Shown here: positions 1 through 9,539 of the stretch, one piece after another
Layout of the letters: each line of letters starts with the position of its first letter
Position numbering within the stretch: position 1 is the first letter of the stretch
Assembly: GCA_963708025.1 (NCBI GenBank)
Contig: CAVPSB010000013.1
Location: 256,001-320,000, forward strand
Length of the DNA stretch: 64,000 nt
DNA from: an uncultured Candidatus Rokubacteria bacterium
GTDB lineage: Bacteria > Methylomirabilota > Methylomirabilia > Rokubacteriales > DASRDR01
Direction: 5' to 3'
Notes under the pieces: model-generated
Told to the model about the DNA's origin: nothing
The model's input: the letters and a program-made list of their open reading frames with translations, nothing else
Databases searched by the model: none
Translations under genes and position numbers: made by a program

Positions 1-2
1 GG

Positions 3-1551
3 CACCACCCGCCCCATCTCTACGCCACGCCGCTCTACCTCGAGGACGTCCGGCTCACCGCCGGGCGTCATGCGGGCCGGCGGACCGCGCTCGTGTTCGC
101 CGCCACCAGCAGCGGCTGGGTCCACGCCGTCGCGGCGGGGTGCGGCGAGCCCGCGCTCCCGCCTGGTACCATCGTCTGGACGACGCGGCTCGGGAGCCCG
201 GTGGTGGTGCCGGCGCTGGACGGCGGCGTCCCCCTCGGGGTCCTGAGCACGCCGACGATCGATCGCGCCGCCATCCCGCCCCGCCTGTACGTGACCGCCC
301 TCGACGCGACCCACGGCTGGCGCGTCTTCGCCCTCGACCTCGGCGATGGCGGGGTGCTGGCCGGCTGGCCGCTCACGCTCGACCCGGCGACGCTCGGCCG
401 CGTCAACGGAAACGGCCCCGCGCCCTTCGGCCCGGCCGCCGAGATGTCCCAGCGCGCCGCGCTCGCGCTCGCCCCGGGCGGCGGTCGGCTCTACGTGGCA
501 TTCGGCACCTTCCGCGGGACCGGACCGGGATGGATGGTTGCCGTTCAACACGCGACGGCCAGCCGTGGCCGGCGCGTTCGCCGGCGCGCGGGGCCCCGGG
601 GGGATGTCCAGCGCCGGGATGTGGGGCTCAGGAGGCCCGGCGCTCGACGCCGACGGCCGCGTCTACATGACGACGGGGAACAGCCCCGGCGACTCGGGGC
701 CGGCCGCCGGCCTCTGGGGCAACTCGCTCCTGGCCTGGACCCCGCCCCTCGCGCTGGCCGGCGCCTACACGCCGTTCAACTACTGCGGGCTCGACCGCGG
801 CGACATGGACCTGGGTGGCAGCACGCCGCTCGTCCTGCCCGACCTCGACTCCGCGACGACCGCGACGCCCCGTCTGGTCGCCTTCGGCGGCAAGCAGGGC
901 ACGGTCTACCTTCTGGACCGCGACCGGCTGCCCGGTCGCCTGGATCGCCGGCCGCCGTGCGGGACCGACGCCGCCGCCGATCGCTCGCTCCTCCCGCCGG
1001 GGCCGCAGCCGCAGTTCGGCCGGCGCGGCCCGCTCTCCGTCTTCGGGCCGTACACGGAGACCCACGCCCGGCTCGACCACGCCCGCATGCGGAGCACCCC
1101 CGCCTACTTCCGGGATGCGACCGGCGCCCACTATCTCTTCGTGACCGGGGCCGCGAAGGCCGCGCCGGCGAGCCCGGCGCCGGTGCCGCCCGGGCTCGCG
1201 CGGCTGCGCGTGGTCACCGCTCCCGGCGCTCCGGCCTACCTCGCGGTGGACGCCGTGGAGGGTCGGACGACCCTCTGGAACCCCGGGTCGCCGGTGGTCA
1301 CCAGCGCGGGGCCGCACGACGCGGTGGTGTGGGTGCTCGACTCGAACCAGCCGCGGACGGCGGCGCTCGCCGGCCCCGGCGCCGCCCGGCCGGTCCTCTA
1401 CGCCTTCGACGCGGCGACGCTGAGGCTCCTCTGGCGAAGCGCGCCGGAGGCCCTCGATGTGGGCGGCAAGTACAGCGCCCCCACGGTCGCCCGCGGCCGC
1501 GTCTTCGTGGGGACGGACCGCATCCAGGCCTTCGGCCTCCGCCCCCGCTGA
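3..1551 (+). CDS. PQQ-like beta-propeller repeat protein; 5'-partial, one frameshift near 545-560
   Basis: Frame 3 from the window edge reads HLYATPLYLEDV...VFAATSSGWVHAV...GVLSTPTID...QRAALAL...LYVAFG. It continues in frame 1 (ORF 346..1551) as GMWGSGGPALD..VYMTTGN..DMDLGGSTP..GGKQGTVYLLDR..KYSAPTVARGRVFVGT, which are propeller-blade motifs. Confidence 0.7.
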
Positions 1552-1692
1552 TCGGTCCACGGTCTGCCCCGCAAGAACGCCGGGGTTCCATGCCCGCCTT
1601 CTTGACCGGCACCCCGCGGGCGACGCAGAATGACTCGAAGCCGGCGGCCTCCACGCCGGGCGCCGCCCGGAACCGAGCAGGAGGAGCACTGC

Positions 1693-2322
1693 ATGGGACC
1701 TTTTCGCGACATCGTGACCACGCTGGACGAGCTGCGAGCGCTCCTGGGCGAGCCGAGCGACGTGGCCCGGAAGAAGCAGGTGGACCGGCTCGACGAGCAC
1801 TGCCGCGCCTTCATCGCGCACTCGCCGTTCGTGCTGATCGGGACGGCCGACCCCGCCGGCCGCTGCGACGTGTCCCCGAAGGGCGACCCGGCCGGCTTCG
1901 TCCTCGTCCTCGACGACCACCATCTCGTCATTCCCGACCGGCCGGGCAACCGGCGGCTCGACGGCATGCGCAACATCCTCGCCAACCCGCAGGTGGGGCT
2001 CCTGTTCCTGGTGCCGGGGCGCGGCGAGACGCTCCGCGTGAACGGCCGCGCCGCGATCGTCCGCGACGCCGAGGTGCTCGCCCGGCTGGTGGTCGAGGGC
2101 AAGACGCCACGGCTGGCCATCGGGGTCGAGGTGGAGGAGGTCTTCCTGCACTGCGCCAAGGCCTTCAAGCGCTCGAGCCTGTGGCGCCCCGAGGCGTGGC
2201 CGGACATCACGTCGCTGGCCTCCGCCGCCTGCATGCTGCTGGCGCACGCCCAGCCCGACGGCATGACGCTCGAGCAGATGGAGCAGCGCCTGCGGCACTC
2301 CTACGACACCCAGCTCTACTGA
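1693..2322 (+). CDS. Pyridoxamine 5'-phosphate oxidase-like FMN-binding protein (MSMEG_1061 type)
   Basis: Motifs DVSPKGDPAGF, IPDRPGNRRLD, VGLLFLVPG.GETLRVNGRA, FLHCAKAFKRS; GGAGGAG RBS before ATG 1693. Confidence 0.85.
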   Translation: MGPFRDIVTTLDELRALLGEPSDVARKKQVDRLDEHCRAFIAHSPFVLIGTADPAGRCDVSPKGDPAGFVLVLDDHHLVIPDRPGNRRLDGMRNILANPQVGLLFLVPGRGETLRVNGRAAIVRDAEVLARLVVEGKTPRLAIGVEVEEVFLHCAKAFKRSSLWRPEAWPDITSLASAACMLLAHAQPDGMTLEQMEQRLRHSYDTQLY

Positions 2323-3435
2323 GGCCGAGCCTCGAGCGCCCGACCGGGGCTCGGGGGCTGCGGTACTCGAAGGGGACGTCGGCGCCGGCTTCCGCGGCCT
2401 CCGCGCGGGCGGCCTCGACCAGGCCGTGGTCGGGCGAGAGGGAGCAGGCGGGATCGGTCGCCGCGGCGGCGCCGGTCAGGTGATAGGCCTGGCAACGGCA
2501 GCCGCCGAAGTCGAGGGTCCGCCGGTCGCAGCTCCGGCACGGCTCGGACATCCAAGCCTCGCCGCGATAGGCGTTGAAGCCGGCGGAGTGGTGCCAGATG
2601 TCGGCCAGGCTCCGCTCCTTCACGTTCTCGAACGCGAGCCCGGGCAGCGTGTGGGCCAGGTGGCACGGGAGCGCCAGCCCGTCCGGGCTCAGGATGATGA
2701 AGCGCCGCCCCCACCCGTCCATGCACGCCTTCGGGAACTCCGTGTAGTAGTCCGGGAAGACGAAGAGAACTTCCATCTTGCCCCGCAGGCGATCGCGGGC
2801 GGCGCGGGCGAGGGCCCGGGCGCCGTCGAGCTGGGCGCGGGTGGGCAGGAGCGCCCGGCGGTTCAGGAGCGCCCAGCCGAGGTACTGGGTGTTGGCCAGC
2901 TCCAGCCGGTCGGCCGCGAGCGACTCGGCGAGCGCGATCACGTCGGCCACGTGGTCCGAGGTTCTCGCGGTGGAGCACGGTGTTCAGCGTGAGCGGCATC
3001 CCGAGGTCCTTCACCCACCGGGCGACCTCGAGCTTCCGGTCGAAGGAGCGGAGGCCGGCGATCCGGTCGGAGCCGGCGGCGGTCACGTCCTGGATCGAGA
3101 CCTGGACGTTGTCGAGCCCCAGCCCGCGCAGGCGGGCGAGCCGCTCCCGGGTCAGCGGGATGCCGCTGGTGATGAGGTTCGTGTAGAGGTCGAGGGCCCG
3201 GGCCCGCTCGACGAGAGCGCTCGAGGTCGTCGCGGACCAGGGGCTCGCCGCCGGTCAGGTTGAGCTGGACCACGCCCAGCCCCTCGGCCTCGTCGAGGAC
3301 CCGGAGCCACGTCGCCGTGTCCAGCTCGTCGCCGTGGCGGGCGTAGTCGAGCGGGTTGGAGCAGTACACGCACCGGAGCGGGCACCGGTAGGTCAGCTCG
3401 GCCACCAGCGTGTACGGCCGGTACTCGTCGGTCAT
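2316..3435 (-). CDS. pqqE: PQQ biosynthesis radical SAM/SPASM protein PqqE; frameshifts near 3220 and 2958, 3' end uncertain (2316 or 2207)
   Basis: [19 protein letters not shown] (CxxxCxxC), [48 protein letters not shown], split over three reading-frame segments. Confidence 0.92.
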
Positions 3436-3723
3436 GCGTCGCCTGCCGCGTCCAGGACCACGCCGCGGTCGGTCATGGTCTTCAGGAAGTCCGTCACCTG
3501 GCGCTCGACCTCCTGGCGGGGCTGACGTCACGTACTTCTCGACGAGCCGGTCGACGATCGCCTCCACCGTGTGCTCCCCGGTGCAGAGCTGGAGGACGTC
3601 GGCCGCCGTCTGGTTCAGGAGGAGCCCCCGCTCGGGATAGAGGAGCATGAACCGCTCGCTCTTCCGATCGTACCGCAGGCGGGCCTTGCCGGCGAGCCGG
3701 GGCCGCGGCTCGCGGGCGGTCAT
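3432..3723 (-). CDS. pqqD: PqqA-binding chaperone PqqD; frameshift near 3522
   Basis: [34 protein letters not shown]. The C-terminal helix [21 protein letters not shown] is in another frame and ends in an ATGA overlap with pqqE. Confidence 0.88.
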
Positions 3724-4478
3724 GGAGACGCGGGAGCGGCCGCGCCGCCGGCCGGCGGCGGCCCCCAGCCGGGCTCGACGTAGGCCAGGTACAGGGAGTC
3801 GAGGAGGTGCCAGAGGATCTCGGTCTTGCGGATCAGCGCCGCCACGCATCGAGCCTGGAGCTCGTAGGTCGGCGCGTGGCGGAAGACGAAGTCGATGGCC
3901 TCCTCGGAATCCCGCCGGGCCCGCGGCACCCGGGAGCGGAAGTAGGCGAGCATCTCCGGGCTGACCCAGGGGTAGTGCCGCTCCCAGGCGGCGATGCGCC
4001 GGGACATGAGGTCGGGGGCGAAGAACTCGGTCAATGAGGAGGCGACCGCCTCCACCAGGCTCCGCTCGCGGACGAGCTGGACGTAGCCGTCGCACGCGAA
4101 GCGGACCCCCGGCAGCACCGAGCGGCAGCTCGCCACCTCCTCAACGTCGAGGCCGACGCCCTCGGCCAGCCGCAGCCAGAGCGCCAGCCCGCCCTCGCCC
4201 TCGCGCTCGCCGTCGTGGTCCTGGACCCGGCGGATCCACATCCGGCGGAACGCGGGGTCCTCCGACTTCGACAGGATGATGGCGTCCTTGATCGGCACCC
4301 GGGTCTGGTAGTAGTAGCGGTTCAGCACCCACTGCTGGAGCTGGAGCCGGGTGAGCTTCCCGTCGTGCATCATGACGTGATAGCGGTGATGGTCGTGGTA
4401 GCGGGCGGCGCCCTCCCGCCGCAGCCACTCCACGAGCTCCTCGCGCGAGAGCGCCGGCCGCTCGGCGGAGCCGGTCAC
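3720..4478 (-). CDS. pqqC: Pyrroloquinoline-quinone synthase PqqC
   Basis: [54 protein letters not shown] overlap with the pqqB stop. Confidence 0.93.
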   Translation of the reverse strand: MTGSAERPALSREELVEWLRREGAARYHDHHRYHVMMHDGKLTRLQLQQWVLNRYYYQTRVPIKDAIILSKSEDPAFRRMWIRRVQDHDGEREGEGGLALWLRLAEGVGLDVEEVASCRSVLPGVRFACDGYVQLVRERSLVEAVASSLTEFFAPDLMSRRIAAWERHYPWVSPEMLAYFRSRVPRARRDSEEAIDFVFRHAPTYELQARCVAALIRKTEILWHLLDSLYLAYVEPGWGPPPAGGAAAPASP

Positions 4479-5395
4479 AGCGTCACCTCGAGCCCGTCGG
4501 CGGCGACCTCCCAGCCGGCGGCGACGACGGCGGCGCGCTCGGCGGAGTCCTCGCGCAGGACGGGGTTCGTGTTGTTCACGTGGATGAAGATCCGCCGGGG
4601 CGCCCCGAGCCCGGCCAGCGCCCCGAGGCTCCCGCCGGCGCCGCCGATCGGGAGGTGGGCCATCGCGGCCGCCGGCTTCGTCCCGAGCCCCTGCCCCGGC
4701 AGCTCCTCCTCCGACCAGAACGTCCCGTCGAAGAACACGCAGTCGGCGCCCTCCAGGGCGAGCCGGACCGCGCCCGACACCGCGCCGACGGCCGGGAGGT
4801 AGGCGAGGCAGCGGCCGGTCGTCGCCTCGCGGATCCGGAGGCCGACGTTGTCCTCGGGGTCCGGGGAGAGCGACGCCTCGAGGTGGATGGGCAGCTTGCC
4901 GGGCATCGCCACGGCCTCCACCGTGAGCCCGCTGGGCCGGCCGCCCGGGAGCGTCAGCTCCTCCTCGCGGCCGAGCTTGAGCGGCCGCCAGGTGACCTGG
5001 TCGGGGAACCGCTCGAGCGTCCGGTACAGCACGTTGCCGTCGGTGAATCCCCGCCGGACGCGCTCGGTCGCGTAGACGACCAGCGGGTGGGACTCGCGGA
5101 GCGATAGGAGTCCGAGGCAGTGATCGAGGTCGCCGTTGGTCAGGAGGATGCCGGCGATCGGCGAATGCCGCGGCCCGCGGGGATGGAGCGGCGGGAAGCT
5201 CTCGATCTGCTGGCGGATCTCCGGGGACGCGTTGAGGAGGAACCAGTGGTCGCCGTCGGCGCTCAGCGCGACCGACTCCTGGGTGCGGGGCACGGCGCGG
5301 AGCGCCCCGGTCCGGACCCCGCGGCAGTTGCCGCAGCCGCAGTTCCACTGCGGGAACCCCCCGCCGGCCGCCGAGCCCAGGACGCGGATGCGCAC
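4475..5395 (-). CDS. pqqB: PQQ biosynthesis protein PqqB (metallo-beta-lactamase fold)
   Basis: VLGSAAGGGFPQWNCGCGNC, RTQ.S, LLNASPEI, DHCLGLLSLRE, FFDGTFW, IHVNNTNP; GGAGGAG RBS. Confidence 0.95.
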   Translation of the reverse strand: MRIRVLGSAAGGGFPQWNCGCGNCRGVRTGALRAVPRTQESVALSADGDHWFLLNASPEIRQQIESFPPLHPRGPRHSPIAGILLTNGDLDHCLGLLSLRESHPLVVYATERVRRGFTDGNVLYRTLERFPDQVTWRPLKLGREEELTLPGGRPSGLTVEAVAMPGKLPIHLEASLSPDPEDNVGLRIREATTGRCLAYLPAVGAVSGAVRLALEGADCVFFDGTFWSEEELPGQGLGTKPAAAMAHLPIGGAGGSLGALAGLGAPRRIFIHVNNTNPVLREDSAERAAVVAAGWEVAADGLEVTL

Positions 5396-5528
5396 GGTCC
5401 GCTCCTCCCCATCGAAGAACGGCTCGCGACCCTCAGCGGGGCCCGTTGGCACGACGCGAGACAGCGTCGACTCGCGGCCGGATGGCAAGACCTACAGTGC
5501 GATGCGGTGAAACGCGACGCTGCTCGGA

Positions 5529-5557
5529 TCTTAGAAGAGGTCCCGCCGGCCGTCAAG
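5529..5557 (-). promoter_or_regulatory. Putative sigma70 promoter for pqqBCDE
   Basis: Minus strand reads TTGACG-17 nt-TAAGAT, about 135 nt upstream of the pqqB start. Confidence 0.55.
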
Positions 5558-6380
5558 GGGCCGGACGCGGTGGCGGGCGATGCTCGATGCCGTAGCGGGC
5601 ATAGATGCGCTGCACGGTGCCGTCGGCCAGGAGCCGATCGAGGGCGGCGTCGATCGCCTCCCGGAGCGGCGGGTCGGACCGCCGCAGGCCGACCGCCAGG
5701 TCCCAGGCCAGCTCCGGCTCCGCGTCGTACGCGTGCACGAGCCGGACCGCGCGGTCGGGATGCGTCAGGTTGAAGTACCCGACGCTGGCCGGCGAGACCG
5801 CCGCGGCGTCCACCTCGCCCCGAGCCACCGCCTCCACCATCTCGTCCTCGAAGCCGAACGAAGCGACCTGGACCCCCCGTCGTCCGAGAATCATCGCGGC
5901 CAGCGAGCCGGACAGCACGGCCACCCGGCGGTGCCCGTCGAGATCGGTGAATCCCGCGATGCCGCCCGCCGGGGACCGGACGGCGAGCGCCACGCCGCTC
6001 CGCTGATACGGCTTCGAGAGCACGATGTTCCGCTCGGCCTGGGCCTCCGGAACCGCGATCGAGTCGAGGATGAGGTCGCAGTTGACGCTCCGGAACTGGA
6101 AGCCGCTCGTCACCCACTCGACCACCAGCCGGACGCCGAGCTGGGCGGCCAGCGCGGTCGCCAGCTCGATCTGGAACCCGGCCGGGTTGCCCTGCTTGCT
6201 CGAGAAAGGCAGGGCGTTGGCGTGGGCGCACAGGGACACGACCCCCCGCTGCCTGACCGCCTGGAGGGAGCGGGCCCCCGCCAGGGGCGCGATCGCCGAC
6301 ACGGCCAGCGCGACGAGCACCGCCAGGGCGCCGGCCGACCGTGATCTCGGCGCCCGTGACGAAGTGCCGGCGGCTCCCAT
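5553..6380 (-). CDS. Quinoprotein dehydrogenase-associated periplasmic binding protein (MoxJ/XoxJ-like)
   Basis: Signal peptide; VSLCAHANALPFSS..GFQIELA..CDLIL..SKPYQRSG (family 3 SBP with Cys pair); position after PQQ-DH and cytochrome c; GGGAGG RBS. Confidence 0.8.
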   Translation of the reverse strand: MGAAGTSSRAPRSRSAGALAVLVALAVSAIAPLAGARSLQAVRQRGVVSLCAHANALPFSSKQGNPAGFQIELATALAAQLGVRLVVEWVTSGFQFRSVNCDLILDSIAVPEAQAERNIVLSKPYQRSGVALAVRSPAGGIAGFTDLDGHRRVAVLSGSLAAMILGRRGVQVASFGFEDEMVEAVARGEVDAAAVSPASVGYFNLTHPDRAVRLVHAYDAEPELAWDLAVGLRRSDPPLREAIDAALDRLLADGTVQRIYARYGIEHRPPPRPAP

Positions 6381-6405
6381 TCCTCCCGCCCGACAGGCTC
6401 TCACT

Positions 6406-6765
6406 TCACTTGAGCGCGCGGATGTACGCCACGATGGCCCGGATCTGCTCCTCGTTGAAGACGCCGCCGAACGCGGGCATCTGCCCTTGCTTGCCGTTCT
6501 TGATCCGGTTGACGATGTACTGGTCGGGTTGCTCCAGCCCCGCCAGCTTCGGCCCCTTGCCGACGCTGCGGCCGCCGTCCTGATGGCACCAGCCGCAGAG
6601 CGTGGCAAAGAGCTTTTCGCCCTCTATCACGCCGGTGGCGGCCGGGCCCCCGCCCGGCGCCGCGGCGGTCGGTCCCTGGGCCGGCGCCGGCGCCGGCTCG
6701 AACAACCAGACGGCGGCGACCACACCGACCACCGCCGTCATGTACACGGCTCCGCGCCGCTCCAC
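6406..6765 (-). CDS. Small class I cytochrome c, probable electron acceptor of the adjacent PQQ dehydrogenase
   Basis: N-terminal hydrophobic segment, CGWCH heme motif, GPKL, distal Met in QMPAF. Confidence 0.88.
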   Translation of the reverse strand: MERRGAVYMTAVVGVVAAVWLFEPAPAPAQGPTAAAPGGGPAATGVIEGEKLFATLCGWCHQDGGRSVGKGPKLAGLEQPDQYIVNRIKNGKQGQMPAFGGVFNEEQIRAIVAYIRALK

Positions 6766-6841
6766 GATGCTTCTCTCCGGCTCCTCCGATGGACGGGGCG
6801 GGGGCCGGAGCCCCCGCCCGCCTCACCTCTCCCGATCGGCG

Positions 6842-8572
6842 CTACTCGAGCGAGAACACCTTGAGCGCGCCGGCGTCCTTCGGCATGCTGATGAACGGCT
6901 CGCCGAACAGACCGGCGTACTCGTCGCCGACCAGCGAGCCCCAGCCGGTGGCGACCGCGATGTACTGCTTGCCCTTCGCGGTGTAGCTGATGATCCCACC
7001 GACGTGGCCGATGCCGTTGTTGTGCGACCAGAGCTGCTGCCCGGTCTGGGCATCGTAGGCGCGGAGATAGCCGCGCGCATCCGGCACGAACAGCAGGTTC
7101 CCGCCCGTCGCCAGCAAGCTTGCCAGCGGCGGCTCCGGGAAGAAGATCTCCCACTTCATGGCCCCGGTCACCGGGTCTCGGGCGTTGACGTGACCGTGGG
7201 CGATGCCGCCCTCGGGGTTCCGGAGCTTGAAGTCGGCCCCGATGTTGAGCTGGGCCTGGGGCTCCAGGATGGGCGTCGTCTTGACGACCTTCAGGTCCAT
7301 GCACCATTCCTGGCCGACCTTGTAGTAGAGGCCGGTCTTCGGGCTGTAGGCGCCGGTGTTCCAGCTGATGCCGCCGGCGATCGCCGGGCAGAGGTTCTTG
7401 TGCTCGCCCTCGGCCAGGTCACGCCGGCCGATGAGCGCGCCGGTCTTGGGGTCGATGTCCTTCACGAAGTTGATGTTCTTCACCAGCCGCCAGACGTTCT
7501 CGATCTTGCCGTTCGACCGGTCGTAGACGAACACGAAGCCGCCCTTGTTCGGGTGGACGACCAGCTTCTTGCCGTCCCGCTCGATCATCACGAACTCGCC
7601 GACCGCGCTGTCGAAGTCCCAGGCGTCGTGCGGCAGCTCCTGGTGGTAGAACTTGAGCTGCCCGTTGTCCGGATTGAGCCCGATGACCGAGGTCGTGTAG
7701 AGGTTCGTGCCCGGTCGCGGCCCCTTGGTCTCCCACTCCGAGCCGGCCCAGTCGTAGAGCGGCGCCGGGTTGCCGGTGCCCCACCACACCGTGTTGGTCT
7801 CGACGTCGTAGGCGCCGACCATCCAGCCGCCGCCACCGCCGGTCTGCCAGGAGTCGCCGCCCCACGTCTTCTTGGCGTCCTCGGTCCCGGCGACGGTGAA
7901 GAACTCCCAGGCCTTCTGGCCGGTCGCCGCGTCCACGCCGAAGATCGGGCCGCGCCACGGCCACTCGCCGCCCTGGGCGCCGATGATGACCTTGTCCTTG
8001 ACGACGAGCGGGGCGCCGGTGAAGCCGACCGTCAGCTTCTCCGAGTTGATCAGCTTGGTGTCCCAGGCCGGCTTGCCGGTCTTCATGTCCAGGGCGATCA
8101 GCCGCCCGTCGACGGTCCCGACGAAGACCTTCCCGTGGCCGAGGGCGATGCCCCGGGTGTACGGGCTGTGCGTCTGCGCCGCGACCAGGTCGTCGTTCAG
8201 CTTGGGGAAGAAGGACCAGATGAACTCGCCGGTGGCGCCGTCGAGCGCGAAGACACGGCTGTAGGAGCCCGTGTAGTAGAGGACGCCGTCGGCCACCAGC
8301 GGAAACGACTGCAGCCCGCGGGTCGTGCGGCCAGGATGGTGCGACCAGGCGACCCGGAGCCGCTTGACGTTGTCGGTGTTGACCTGATCGAGGGAGCTGT
8401 AGTGCCACGAGCGGTAGCTGCCGTGGTACGTCAGCCAGTCGTTGGGGTTCTTGTCCGCGGACTCGAGCCGGGACGGATCGATCGCCCACGCCGGGCCGGA
8501 CCAGCCTGCCAGGACGGCGGCCAGGATGGTCAGGGCCAGCGGGATGCGTCTCGCTCTCACCAGAGTCGTCAT
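6842..8572 (-). CDS. PQQ-dependent dehydrogenase, methanol/ethanol family; lanthanide-type D-x-D, lacks vicinal Cys-Cys
   Basis: Signal peptide, DWLTYHG..W.YSSL.Q, GGEWPWRG (Glu), GTGNPAP (Asn), HDAWDFD (Asp-x-Asp); THSPYTRG occupies the usual CC...NRG position. Confidence 0.92.
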   Translation of the reverse strand: MTTLVRARRIPLALTILAAVLAGWSGPAWAIDPSRLESADKNPNDWLTYHGSYRSWHYSSLDQVNTDNVKRLRVAWSHHPGRTTRGLQSFPLVADGVLYYTGSYSRVFALDGATGEFIWSFFPKLNDDLVAAQTHSPYTRGIALGHGKVFVGTVDGRLIALDMKTGKPAWDTKLINSEKLTVGFTGAPLVVKDKVIIGAQGGEWPWRGPIFGVDAATGQKAWEFFTVAGTEDAKKTWGGDSWQTGGGGGWMVGAYDVETNTVWWGTGNPAPLYDWAGSEWETKGPRPGTNLYTTSVIGLNPDNGQLKFYHQELPHDAWDFDSAVGEFVMIERDGKKLVVHPNKGGFVFVYDRSNGKIENVWRLVKNINFVKDIDPKTGALIGRRDLAEGEHKNLCPAIAGGISWNTGAYSPKTGLYYKVGQEWCMDLKVVKTTPILEPQAQLNIGADFKLRNPEGGIAHGHVNARDPVTGAMKWEIFFPEPPLASLLATGGNLLFVPDARGYLRAYDAQTGQQLWSHNNGIGHVGGIISYTAKGKQYIAVATGWGSLVGDEYAGLFGEPFISMPKDAGALKVFSLE

Positions 8573-8704
8573 GGCCTCGTCTCCTGAGTTCTGTGCGATG
8601 TCCCTCGGTCGATCTCCCCAGGCGATCGGAGGCTCGTCATCGAGCCCCGGCCTTCCCACCTCCTCCCAGCGCTCGACGCGCCACGGTGCGATCCGGCGCG
8701 CGCC

Positions 8705-9214
8705 TCAGGGCAGGCTGATCCGCGACGCCCGGCCGGGGACCGGGCCGGTGACCCGAACCTGGCGGCCCGGCATCAGCCCGGTCAGCGACGGCGCCCCCGG
8801 TCCCTCGTCGGCGACGTAGAAGCCGTGGACGCGACCCGAGCCGTCTTCGACCAGGAGCACGCGACGGAGCGGGTCGACGGTCTTGACGATCCCCACCGCC
8901 TCGACACCGGATGGCGTTGCGGCGCAGCGGCGGGTGGTGGGCTCGACGCGGCCGTCGGGTGTGGCCGTCAGCCGGCCCTGGCAGTCGCGAAACTGGACCT
9001 CGCCGGTCTCGCCGGCGACGAGCCAGCCGAGGCTCCGCCCCATTCCCATCACCAGGAGCTCTTCCGCGCCGGCCCCGGGCGGGTTGGCCAGGCCCGGCAG
9101 ACACGTGACCAGCGCCACTGCCGCCGCGGCTCCGATCCTGGTCCCGAGCGGTGCCACCGGGCGGGGTCCCCGAGAGTTCCCGCATGACACGACCACTTCG
9201 CTCCTGCCCACCAA
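8705..9214 (-). CDS. Hypothetical exported protein, possible C-terminal OB-fold; start uncertain
   Basis: Hydrophobic signal-like segment, beta-rich GIVKTVD..LLVED..L.PG.QVRVTG; co-oriented between pqqA and the dehydrogenase. Confidence 0.5.
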   Translation of the reverse strand: MVGRSEVVVSCGNSRGPRPVAPLGTRIGAAAAVALVTCLPGLANPPGAGAEELLVMGMGRSLGWLVAGETGEVQFRDCQGRLTATPDGRVEPTTRRCAATPSGVEAVGIVKTVDPLRRVLLVEDGSGRVHGFYVADEGPGAPSLTGLMPGRQVRVTGPVPGRASRISLP

Positions 9215-9296
9215 GGACCGCGCGACTACTTTTGAGCCGAGCGACGGCGGATGTCAAGGGCATGAGACGGCCGAGGCCAGGGCGACAGAGACGACA

Positions 9297-9324
9297 CAGC
9301 CCTGCTCGCGGACGAACAGGGCTG
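9297..9324 (-). terminator. Hairpin after pqqA (terminator or stabiliser)
   Basis: Minus strand CAGCCCTGTTCG-TCCG-CGAGCAGGGCTG followed by a pyrimidine-rich tail, about 30 nt after the pqqA stop. Confidence 0.5.
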
Positions 9325-9352
9325 CGCTACTTCCCGACGGGACCGATGCTGT

Positions 9353-9436
9353 CTAGATCCCCTCGTAGTCTTCCTGGTACGAGTTGACCTCCGCGTCCAT
9401 CTTGACCTCGACGAAGCTGGGTGTTTCCCACGTCAT
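9353..9436 (-). CDS. pqqA: PQQ precursor peptide PqqA, 27 aa: MTWETPSFVEVKMDAEVNSYQEDYEGI
   Basis: Translated by hand: W..P.F leader, E-x-x-x-Y core (EVNSY), strong GGAGGTGA RBS. Below the ORF-track size cutoff. Confidence 0.93.
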   Translation of the reverse strand: MTWETPSFVEVKMDAEVNSYQEDYEGI

Positions 9437-9492
9437 TCAACTCACCTCCATTCAGCCCCGAAGGGCACCGGCTCACGTGAGCTCGTGACCCG

Positions 9493-9522
9493 ATGGTAGA
9501 GGACGGCACTCGACCGCGTCAA
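9493..9522 (-). promoter_or_regulatory. Putative sigma70 promoter of pqqA
   Basis: Minus strand TTGACG-18 nt-TACCAT, about 57 nt upstream of the ATG. Confidence 0.55.
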
Positions 9523-9539
9523 GCCCTATTGCGGGGCCC

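Noticed and set aside
2938-4095. Apparent PqqD-PqqE fusion in one ORF
   Set aside because: The proper PqqD C-terminal helix and an ATGA stop/start overlap lie in another frame; a single indel near 3522 creates the fusion.
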